The notes below the pieces were generated by a model. It was given only the letters and a program-made list of their open reading frames with translations. It did not search any database and was not told where the DNA came from. From a candidate division WOR-3 bacterium (GTDB lineage Bacteria > Hydrothermota > Tepidihabitantia > Tepidihabitantales > CAIPLT01): a stretch of DNA of 20,209 nt. The DNA lies in assembly GCA_965649215.1 (NCBI GenBank), contig CBFGJZ010000028.1, forward strand, positions 1-20,209. The letters run 5' to 3'. A program made the position numbers and the translations under genes. Positions 6,943-15,131 of this stretch are shown here, one piece after another. Every line of letters starts with the position of its first letter. The first letter of the stretch is position 1.

Positions 6943-8151
6943 ATGGCAAAGGCAAAGTTTGAAAGAAAAAAGCCCCATCTCAACGTGGGAACAATTGGCC
7001 ATGTTGATCATGGGAAAACCGTGCTAACTTCAGCGATTACTAAAGTGCTGTCAACGAAAGGATTAGCTGAATATAAAAGTTATGATGATGTCGCAAAAGC
7101 AAGTATCTCACAAGGACGACGGGACGAAACCAAAATTTTAACGATTGCAGTATCACATGTTGAATATGAAACTGAAAAACGACATTATGCACACATTGAT
7201 TGTCCAGGCCATGCTGATTATATTAAAAATATGATCACAGGAGCGGCCCAAATGGATGGCGCGATTTTGGTTGTTTCTGCAGCAGACGGTCCAATGCCTC
7301 AAACCAAAGAACATGTTTTATTAGCTCGACAAGTAAATGTGCCAGCAATCGTTGTCTATATTAACAAAATTGATTTGGTGGAAGACCCCGAACTCGTTGA
7401 TTTGGTTGAATTAGAAGTTCGTGATATTTTGAATAAGTATGAATTTCCTGGTGATAAAACTCCAATTATTCGTGGCAGTGCTTTAAAAGCTTTAAAATGT
7501 GCTGATGGTACTTGTCCTGACTGTCAATCCATTTGGAATTTAATGAAAGCACTTGATGAATTCATTCCTGAACCAGTTCGTGAAACAGATAAACCATTCT
7601 TAATGCCAATCGAAGATATCTTCACGATTACAGGTCGTGGTACGGTTGTCACGGGTCGTGTGGATCGGGGACGAATTACACCGGGCAAAGAAGTTGAAAT
7701 TATTGGTTTTGGTAAACAATTCAAGACAATTGCAACAAGTTTAGAAATGTTCCGAAAAACTCTTGATGAAGCTATTGCTGGTGATAATGTAGGTATTCTA
7801 TTACGAGGTGTTGAAAAAGATGAAGTTATGCGGGGAATGGTTGTTGCTGCTCCTGGTACAATTAATCCACATAAAAGGTTCACCGCTGGTGTTTATGTAC
7901 TCAATAAAGAAGAAGGTGGTCGACATTCACCGTTCTTTACTGGTTATCGTCCTCAATTTTATGTCCGAACTACAGATGTTACTGGAACCGTTAAATTACC
8001 CGAAGGCGTGGAAATGGTGATGCCGGGTGATAATGTTAATTTAGAAGTTGAATTGATTACAACTGTTGCTTTGGAACCAGGTTCTCGTTTTGCAATTCGT
8101 GAAGGCGGACGAACCGTTGGTGCCGGCGTCGTTGATAAGATTTTAGAATAA
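6943..8151 (+). CDS. tuf: Elongation factor Tu
   Basis: Motifs [45 protein letters not shown] and [13 protein letters not shown]. The likely start is the ATG at 6943 after the SD GGAGG, not the TTG at 6931. Confidence 0.98.
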   Translation: MAKAKFERKKPHLNVGTIGHVDHGKTVLTSAITKVLSTKGLAEYKSYDDVAKASISQGRRDETKILTIAVSHVEYETEKRHYAHIDCPGHADYIKNMITGAAQMDGAILVVSAADGPMPQTKEHVLLARQVNVPAIVVYINKIDLVEDPELVDLVELEVRDILNKYEFPGDKTPIIRGSALKALKCADGTCPDCQSIWNLMKALDEFIPEPVRETDKPFLMPIEDIFTITGRGTVVTGRVDRGRITPGKEVEIIGFGKQFKTIATSLEMFRKTLDEAIAGDNVGILLRGVEKDEVMRGMVVAAPGTINPHKRFTAGVYVLNKEEGGRHSPFFTGYRPQFYVRTTDVTGTVKLPEGVEMVMPGDNVNLEVELITTVALEPGSRFAIREGGRTVGAGVVDKILE

Positions 8152-8297
8152 TGCGTCCGATAATTACGCTTGCGTGTAAAGAGTGTAAAAATCGCAACTA
8201 CACGACAACTAAAAATAAAAAGAGCCAAGAGCGATTAGAGTTAAAAAAGTACTGTCCGTTTTGTCGCAAACATACCGGACATCGTGAAGTTAAATAG
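8151..8297 (+). CDS. rpmG: 50S ribosomal protein L33 (zinc-binding C+ type), missed by the ORF track
   Basis: Translates as [48 protein letters not shown] (48 aa). TAATG overlap with the tuf stop. Stop TAG at 8295-8297. Confidence 0.95.
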   Translation: MRPIITLACKECKNRNYTTTKNKKSQERLELKKYCPFCRKHTGHREVK

Positions 8298-8369
8298 GCC
8301 TGTAGCTCTAACGGCGAGAGCACCTGACTCCAAATCAGGGGGATGGGGGTTCAAATCCCTCCAGGCCTG
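8296..8369 (+). tRNA. tRNA-Trp(CCA)
   Basis: Acceptor stem AGGCCTG/CAGGCCT, anticodon arm CCTGA-CT-CCA-AA-TCAGG, discriminator G. Canonical position between rpmG and secE. Confidence 0.95.
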
Positions 8370-8391
8370 TTTAGAATAGAAAAGTGAGCAA

Positions 8392-8583
8392 ATGGTAATA
8401 TTTAGAAAGATAAAAGAATATTTTCGTAATGTAATTGGCGAAATGAAAAAAGTGTCGTGGGCAAAACGACAGGATCTATTCAAAACAACGGTAGTGGTGA
8501 TTTTATTGTCAATGATTGTTGCCGCGATTATTATGTTGTTCGATTTAATTTTTTCAAATTTACTACACTTAGTTTTACGATGA
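8392..8583 (+). CDS. secE: Preprotein translocase subunit SecE
   Basis: EMKKVSW motif followed by one transmembrane helix; located just before nusG. Confidence 0.93.
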   Translation: MVIFRKIKEYFRNVIGEMKKVSWAKRQDLFKTTVVVILLSMIVAAIIMLFDLIFSNLLHLVLR

Positions 8584-9146
8584 AGAAATATTACGTGGTG
8601 CACACTTACACCAAACAAGAGAAAAAAGTGAAAGATATTTTAATTAAGTCAATTGAACAACAAAATCTTTCTCATTTTTTTGGTAAGCGACAGCGAGACG
8701 ATGGTACCGAAGAATATAATATAATTGTACCAGTTGAACATATTACAAAATTTAAGAAAGGAAAAGCAGTTCCTGAAGAAGAAGAAAGAAAATTATATCC
8801 GGGTTATATTATTGTAGAAATGGAAGCTAACGAAGAAACCTTGAAATTGATCAATTCAATTCCTGGTGTTACACATTTATTGGGTTCGAAGAAACAACCG
8901 ATTGCACTTAGTGAAAAAGAAGTTGCAACAATTATTGAACAGATTGAATCAAAGGATAAAAAATTGCGGGCTGAGATACCTTTTACAAAAGGTGAACCTG
9001 TTAAGGTTATCAATGGTCCTTTTACGGGTTTTTCTGGTACTGTAGAGGAGATTTATCCAGATCGAAGACGAATTAAAGTGATTGTAACTATTTTTGGGCG
9101 CGCAACACCAATTGATTTAGATTTTTTTGAAGTCCAAGCAATCTAA
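8580..9146 (+). CDS. nusG: Transcription termination/antitermination factor NusG
   Basis: MKKYYVVHTY..., KLYPGYIIVEM, KOW motif VKVINGPFTGFSGTV, and IFGRATPIDL. The likely start is the ATG at 8580 overlapping the secE TGA, not 8457. Confidence 0.95.
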   Translation: MKKYYVVHTYTKQEKKVKDILIKSIEQQNLSHFFGKRQRDDGTEEYNIIVPVEHITKFKKGKAVPEEEERKLYPGYIIVEMEANEETLKLINSIPGVTHLLGSKKQPIALSEKEVATIIEQIESKDKKLRAEIPFTKGEPVKVINGPFTGFSGTVEEIYPDRRRIKVIVTIFGRATPIDLDFFEVQAI

Positions 9147-9176
9147 AATTTATGATTTTGTAGGTGGAGTTTATTT

Positions 9177-9605
9177 ATGGCAAAAAAAATAGTGGCAGTA
9201 GTAAGATTACAAGCACCAGCTGGACAAGCAACACCAGCGCCACCAGTTGGGCCTGCATTAGGACAACATGGTGTCAATATTATGGAGTTTTGTAAACAGT
9301 TTAATGCGGTTACGAAGAATCAACCTCCAGGCATTATCATTCCAGTTGTTTTGACTGTTTATTCAGATCGCACGTTTACTTTTATTGTCAAAAGTCCCCC
9401 AGCTTCAGTTCTTTTAAAACAAGCAGCTGGTTTAGCAAAGGGTTCAGGTGAACCAAATCGTAATAAAGTTGGTAAGGTTACGCGTCAAGCGATTCGCGAA
9501 ATCGCAATGAAAAAAATGGCTGATTTGAACACTAATGATATTGAACAAGCAATGAAAGTTATCGAAGGCACAGCACGAGCAATGGGTTTAACCGTGGAGG
9601 GCTAA
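9177..9605 (+). CDS. rplK: 50S ribosomal protein L11
   Basis: Motif [30 protein letters not shown]. Confidence 0.98.
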   Translation: MAKKIVAVVRLQAPAGQATPAPPVGPALGQHGVNIMEFCKQFNAVTKNQPPGIIIPVVLTVYSDRTFTFIVKSPPASVLLKQAAGLAKGSGEPNRNKVGKVTRQAIREIAMKKMADLNTNDIEQAMKVIEGTARAMGLTVEG

Positions 9606-10318
9606 TGAAACGAAGAAGTAAACGATATAAAAATTTACAAAGTAAAAGAGAAGCTCAAAAAGAATATTCTTTGAGTGAAGCGGTGAAAATCGTTAAAGAT
9701 TCAGCAAGTGCAAAATTCGATGAAACAGTTGACCTCGCAATTAATTTAGGTATCGATCCTAAAAAACAGGATCAAACGGTGCGTGGCACCGTTTCACTTC
9801 CCTATGGAAGTGGTAAAAAAGTTCGGATATTAGTTCTAACTCGTGGTGAAAAAGAGAAAGAAGCAAAAGATGCTGGTGCAGATTATGTAGGTTTGGAAGA
9901 ATATATTGAAAAAATAAAGCAAGGATGGCTTGATTTTGATATCGTGGTAGCTACACCAGATGTTATGTCCGAAGTTGGTAAATTGGGTAAAATTTTAGGT
10001 ACCAAAGGACTAATGCCATCTCCTAAAACTGGTACGGTTACTTTTGATATTGCCAGTACAGTACGAAGCTTAAAAGCAGGACGTATTCAATATAAAACTG
10101 ATAAAACTGGAAATATTCATGTGATTGTTGGTAAAGCATCTTTTGATCAAGAAAAACTTGAAAAAAATATTTTAGCGGTTGTAAGTGAATTGTTAAAAGT
10201 TAGACCACCAACTGTAAAAGGTCAGTTTTTAAAGACTCTGACACTTTCTACGACGATGGGAATTGGTTGTAAATTAGATGTTAAAGAAATAACTGAATTA
10301 GCACGGAAAGAAGCATAA
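9605..10318 (+). CDS. rplA: 50S ribosomal protein L1
   Basis: Motifs AKFDETVD, VRGTVSLPYGSGK, GLMPSPKTGTVT and STTMG. Confidence 0.98.
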   Translation: MKRRSKRYKNLQSKREAQKEYSLSEAVKIVKDSASAKFDETVDLAINLGIDPKKQDQTVRGTVSLPYGSGKKVRILVLTRGEKEKEAKDAGADYVGLEEYIEKIKQGWLDFDIVVATPDVMSEVGKLGKILGTKGLMPSPKTGTVTFDIASTVRSLKAGRIQYKTDKTGNIHVIVGKASFDQEKLEKNILAVVSELLKVRPPTVKGQFLKTLTLSTTMGIGCKLDVKEITELARKEA

Positions 10319-10319
10319 T

Positions 10320-10847
10320 ATGGTAACCAAAGAAAAATTATTACAGTTAGACAATATTAAAAACTTATTAAGTCCGGCAACTGCGATTTACTTTGCTGAT
10401 CTAAGTCGAATTAAAACAAACGAGATTTCGACATTACGAATGAAGTTACGCGAAATGAATGTAAAAGTAAAGATTGTAAAAAATCGAATTACCAAACGAG
10501 CATTTACCGAACACGGTATTAGTGGTGTAGACAATCTATTAGTTGGTCCAACTGCGTTAATTATTGCCTATGATGATCCTCTGACTGCGGCAAAATTATT
10601 AAAGGATTTTACAAAGAAAAATTCAGCTTTAAAAATTAAAGGTGCCTATCTCGAACAATCAATCTATGGTGCAAATCAATTTGATTACTTAGCTTCATTA
10701 CCATCAAAATCTGAATTAGTAGTTGAAGTAGTTGCTTGTCTTCAAGGTCTAATTGCTGATTTAGTGTTTTCTTTAGAAGCACTGATGCAACAATTAGTTT
10801 GTGGATTAGAAGAAATTAAGAATAAAAAGTCAAGTAATGACAATTAA
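10320..10847 (+). CDS. rplJ: 50S ribosomal protein L10
   Basis: Motifs LRMKLR...KIVKNRI, LVGPTALI and LASLPSKSEL; position between rplA and rplL. Confidence 0.93.
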   Translation: MVTKEKLLQLDNIKNLLSPATAIYFADLSRIKTNEISTLRMKLREMNVKVKIVKNRITKRAFTEHGISGVDNLLVGPTALIIAYDDPLTAAKLLKDFTKKNSALKIKGAYLEQSIYGANQFDYLASLPSKSELVVEVVACLQGLIADLVFSLEALMQQLVCGLEEIKNKKSSNDN

Positions 10848-10880
10848 AATAAATGTAAATATTAAAAACATGGAGGAAAA

Positions 10881-11279
10881 ATGACCGAAACTAAGAAAAC
10901 TATTGATGAATTGATAGATTCAATAGGTTCATTAACAGTTACAGAATTAGCTGAATTAGTAAAAGCATTGAAAGAAAAATTTAATATAACGGCGCAAGCC
11001 TATGCTCCAGTTGCAGCAGCAAGTGCACCCAGTGGTGCTTCTACAACGACTGCTCAAGAAGAAACTAAGACAGATTTTGTTGTTACTTTGGTCTCAGTAG
11101 GAGATAAAAAAATTCAGGTGTTAAAAGAACTTCGAGCATTAACTAATTTAGGTTTAAAAGAAGCCAAAGATATCATTGACAAAACACCCGCAGTAATTAA
11201 GGAAGATGCTTCCAAAGAAGAAGCAGAGAAAATAAAAGCTAAATTAGAAGAGGTTGGCGCAAAAGTTGAAATAAAATAA
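10881..11279 (+). CDS. rplL: 50S ribosomal protein L7/L12
   Basis: Motifs [17 protein letters not shown], an Ala-rich hinge, and [29 protein letters not shown] upstream. Confidence 0.97.
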   Translation: MTETKKTIDELIDSIGSLTVTELAELVKALKEKFNITAQAYAPVAAASAPSGASTTTAQEETKTDFVVTLVSVGDKKIQVLKELRALTNLGLKEAKDIIDKTPAVIKEDASKEEAEKIKAKLEEVGAKVEIK

Positions 11280-11292
11280 AAAAGAGTAAAAC

Positions 11293-11413
11293 CACGAGAT
11301 TTGATAGATTGTACAAGAACAAAAAATTATTGCTGAAAATGCAAAAAGCAATTTCAGTAATAATAAATTTTTATCAAAAGATATTATTAATTATATTTAT
11401 ATCAAATCTCGTG
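11293..11413. repeat. Long inverted repeat / rod-like stem-loop in the rplL-rpoB spacer
   Basis: Perfect 14-bp inverted repeat CACGAGATTTGATA (11293-11306) / TATCAAATCTCGTG (11400-11413), enclosing an inner stem at 11327-11363. Confidence 0.75.
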
Positions 11414-11441
11414 CAAATTTATATATAAAACAGGAAAAATA

Positions 11442-14400
11442 ATGGAGAAAAAAGATTTTTCAAAGGTATCATCCGCAGTTAGCGGATTAGAAATTCCTGA
11501 TTTACTGTCAATTCAGCTTGATTCATTTCGTACTTTCTTACAGATTGATAAATCAGCTGAAAAGCGGGAAAATACTGGGCTTGAGGCATTATTTCGAGAA
11601 AATTTAAATATTGACGATATTCGTAAAAATTATGCTTTAGTTTATGTAAAATACGAATTTGATAAGCCAAAATATAGTCCCCAAGAAGCAATTGAAAAAA
11701 TGGTTTCTTATACAATACCACTTAAAGTAGTTTTACGACTGATTAAAAAAGAAAGCGATTCGACGAAGATCAAAGATATCATCGAAGAAGAAGTGTTCTT
11801 ATGTGATATGCCATATATGACAGATTGGGGCACTTTTATTATTAATGGTATTGAAAGGGTTGTAATTAGTCAATTACATCGTTCACCAGGATTATATTTT
11901 CAGAAAGAAGGCGAGGAATATTCAGCTTTATTAATTCCATATCGCGGAGCGTGGTCGGAATTGGTTATTGATCGGAATAATATTATGTATATTATTTTAG
12001 ATCGACGACGTCGGATTAATCTAGCAACGTTTTTCCAAGCAATGGGTCTAACATACGAAGATGTCTATCGTGAATTATTTAAACCGACAAAAAGACTTTT
12101 GGCAAAAGATCAGATTATTGCAGAAGATATTTATGGAGATAATCAAGTATTACTGGCCGAAGCCGGTGATGAAGTTACTCCTGAATTAATTGAATTACTT
12201 AAAACAAGAAATATTTCGACGGCACTGACATTTGATAAAAAAGTTGCAGGCGCTCAAATCATAATCAAAACCTTGAAATCAGAAAAAAGATTAACTCCCG
12301 AAGAAGCTATCAAAAAAATCTATACCCGCCTTAGAAATATGTTACCCCATTCAACCGATATTGCCAAAAGTATCATTCTGGGGACTATTTTTGATGAACG
12401 ACGGTTTGATCTAGGTGCGGTTGGAAGATATAAATTAGCAAGGCGTATTGGAGAAGAACGAAGCAAAGCAGGGAATAAATTAGAAAAAGAAGATTTATTT
12501 TTAATTGTTAAAAAATTAGCCGAAGTAAAAGAAAATCGAGTCGAACCTGATGATATAGATCATTTAGCTAATCGTCGAGTGAGACGAGTTGGTGAGTTAT
12601 TAGAAAATCAAATACGGAATGCACTGCAACAGCTTGTTCAGAATATCAGAGAACGAGCTACATATACGGCAGATTTAAGTCGATCATCTCCTAATGATTT
12701 AGTTAATTCAAAAATCGTTGCGAATGCTGTAACTAAGTTTTTTACCCAAAATCAACTGTGTCAATTTATGGAACAAACCAATCCGTTGACTGAATTAACT
12801 CATAAACGCCGTGTTTCGGCTTTAGGTCCTGGGGGGTTAACTAAAGAAACTGCGGGTTTTGAAGTTCGAGATGTTCATTATTCTCATTATGGTAGAATCT
12901 GTCCAATTGAAACTCCTGAAGGACCTAATATTGGTCTGATTGCAACGATCGCAACCTATGCAAAAATTGATCAATATGGCTTTATTGCAACTCCTTATTG
13001 GAAAGTTAAAGATGGCGTTGTTACAAAAAAAATCGAGTATTTGAATCCTCAAGAAGAGGAAAATCTTTGTATTGCTCAGGCAAATTCACCAATTGATGAA
13101 GAGCGTCGATTTATTGGGAAAGAAATTATTTGTCGTAAAAATGGAGATGTTATAACGGTTAGCCCCGATAAAGTGGATTATATGGATATTACACCAAAAC
13201 AATTGTTTGCCCCGACCACAATTATGATACCTTTTTTAGAACATGACGATGCTGATCGCGCTTTGATGGGTGCTAACATGCAACGACAAGCTGTTCCTTT
13301 GTTAGTACCGGAAAAACCTTTAGTTGCGACAGGAGTTGAGAGTAATTTTGCTCGCGCTTCAAATGCAGTATTAGTCGCACAAGAAAGTGGTACGGTTGTA
13401 AAAGTTGATGCATCAACGATTGTTTTAAGTACTGATCAAGGACTTAAAGAATACAAATTGAAAAAATTTGTTAAATCCAATCAATATACTTGTCTTTCAC
13501 AGAAACCGTTAGTTCGTCTCAATCAAAAGATAAAAAAAGGTGATCTTTTAGCAGATGGACCGTCGACAGACGAAGGCCAATTAGCCTTGGGACGCAATGT
13601 ATTAGTTGCTTATATTCCATGGTATGGTTACAATTACGAAGATGCAATTGTGATTTCCGAAGATATCATTAAAGAAGATAAGTATACCTCAATACAAATT
13701 TTAGAATTTGAAATTGAAGCTCGTGATACAAAGTTAGGACCAGAAGAGATCACACGAGATATTCCTGGTGTTAGTGAGGATGAATTAGCGGCATTAGACC
13801 AATTTGGTATTATTCGAATTGGCGCAAAAGTCAGTCCCGGTGATATTTTAGTTGGGCGAATAACACCAAAAGGTGAGACTGAGTTTACTCCGGAAGAAAG
13901 ATTGTTGAGAGCAATATTTGGTGAGAAAGCAGCAAATGTAAGAGATACTTCCTTACGTGTTGAGCCCGGAGTAAGTGGCGTTGTAATCGATCGTCGCATT
14001 TTATCAAGACACATTTCTGATAATCTTTCTAAAGGTCTTGAATCAGAACGAGCAAATGAAATCAAAGCAAATTATGAATTAAAGAGAAAGTTTTTAATTG
14101 ACGAGTTAAATAAAAAGATTAATGATTTACTGATTGGCGAAAAAGCCAAAATAAATATTTATGATGGGAAGGGTAAATTATTATGTCGAGCCGGCGAGAC
14201 AATTAGTGCTGAAATGCTCCGCGATATAAACAGCTCTAAAATAAGAAAGTTATTAAAAATAATTGATAATGAAGACAAAGTAAATAAAATCCAAAAAGTA
14301 TTAGATGAACATAAATTTTTACTCCGTAATCTTAAAAGGAACGAGAAAACTGAATTAGAAAGGGTAGAGCGAGGTGATGAATTACCGCATGGCGTTTTAA

Positions 14401-15131
14401 AATCAGTTAAGATTTTTATTGCTCAAAAACGTAAATTAGCGGTTGGCGATAAAATGGCAGGGCGTCACGGTAACAAAGGAGTCGTAAGTAAAATATTACC
14501 TCGTGAGGATATGCCATTTTTAGAAGATGGCACCCCTGTGGATATTGTACTTAATCCCCTGGGGGTTCCTTCGCGTATGAATATTGGTCAAGTTTTAGAA
14601 GCACATTTAGGTTGGGCAGCAAAGATTTTAGGTTATCAAGCAGTTTGTCCAGTTTTTGAAGGAGCTACAATCGATGAAATAAAGTCTGAGTTGAAAAAAG
14701 CAGGGCTACCTGAAACGGGAAAAGTTAAAGTTCGTGACGGTCGGACTGGTGAGTTGTTTGATAATGATGTAGTTGTAGGATATACCTATATGATGAAATT
14801 AATCCATATGGTCGATGATAAAATCCATGCTCGTTCTATAGGACACTATTCTTTGATTACGCAACAACCATTAGGTGGTAAAGCACAATTCGGTGGACAA
14901 CGATTTGGCGAAATGGAAGTGTGGGCTTTAGAGGCTTATGGTGCTGCTAATGCCTTACAAGAAATGTTGACCATTAAATCTGACGATGTGGAAGGCAGGA
15001 GTGCGCTATATAATGCTTTAATTCGCGGTGAAAATCCTCCGGCACCAAAGGTACCAGCAAGTTTTAATGTTTTAGTTAAAGAATTAGCAGGTCTGGGATT
15101 AGAGTTAATACCAGAAAAGGAGAAAAAATGA
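11442..15131 (+). CDS. rpoB: DNA-directed RNA polymerase beta subunit
   Basis: Motifs [49 protein letters not shown] and [18 protein letters not shown]. Confidence 0.99.
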   Translation: MEKKDFSKVSSAVSGLEIPDLLSIQLDSFRTFLQIDKSAEKRENTGLEALFRENLNIDDIRKNYALVYVKYEFDKPKYSPQEAIEKMVSYTIPLKVVLRLIKKESDSTKIKDIIEEEVFLCDMPYMTDWGTFIINGIERVVISQLHRSPGLYFQKEGEEYSALLIPYRGAWSELVIDRNNIMYIILDRRRRINLATFFQAMGLTYEDVYRELFKPTKRLLAKDQIIAEDIYGDNQVLLAEAGDEVTPELIELLKTRNISTALTFDKKVAGAQIIIKTLKSEKRLTPEEAIKKIYTRLRNMLPHSTDIAKSIILGTIFDERRFDLGAVGRYKLARRIGEERSKAGNKLEKEDLFLIVKKLAEVKENRVEPDDIDHLANRRVRRVGELLENQIRNALQQLVQNIRERATYTADLSRSSPNDLVNSKIVANAVTKFFTQNQLCQFMEQTNPLTELTHKRRVSALGPGGLTKETAGFEVRDVHYSHYGRICPIETPEGPNIGLIATIATYAKIDQYGFIATPYWKVKDGVVTKKIEYLNPQEEENLCIAQANSPIDEERRFIGKEIICRKNGDVITVSPDKVDYMDITPKQLFAPTTIMIPFLEHDDADRALMGANMQRQAVPLLVPEKPLVATGVESNFARASNAVLVAQESGTVVKVDASTIVLSTDQGLKEYKLKKFVKSNQYTCLSQKPLVRLNQKIKKGDLLADGPSTDEGQLALGRNVLVAYIPWYGYNYEDAIVISEDIIKEDKYTSIQILEFEIEARDTKLGPEEITRDIPGVSEDELAALDQFGIIRIGAKVSPGDILVGRITPKGETEFTPEERLLRAIFGEKAANVRDTSLRVEPGVSGVVIDRRILSRHISDNLSKGLESERANEIKANYELKRKFLIDELNKKINDLLIGEKAKINIYDGKGKLLCRAGETISAEMLRDINSSKIRKLLKIIDNEDKVNKIQKVLDEHKFLLRNLKRNEKTELERVERGDELPHGVLKSVKIFIAQKRKLAVGDKMAGRHGNKGVVSKILPREDMPFLEDGTPVDIVLNPLGVPSRMNIGQVLEAHLGWAAKILGYQAVCPVFEGATIDEIKSELKKAGLPETGKVKVRDGRTGELFDNDVVVGYTYMMKLIHMVDDKIHARSIGHYSLITQQPLGGKAQFGGQRFGEMEVWALEAYGAANALQEMLTIKSDDVEGRSALYNALIRGENPPAPKVPASFNVLVKELAGLGLELIPEKEKK

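Noticed and set aside
6721..7011. 96-aa minus-strand ORF
   Set aside because: Antisense to tRNA-Thr, its promoter and the start of tuf; a shadow ORF.
8457..8579. N-terminal extension of NusG in the ORF track
   Set aside because: It overlaps secE in another frame. NusG homology starts at the ATG at 8580.
8241..8618. 125-aa minus-strand ORF
   Set aside because: Antisense to rpmG, tRNA-Trp and secE; a shadow ORF.
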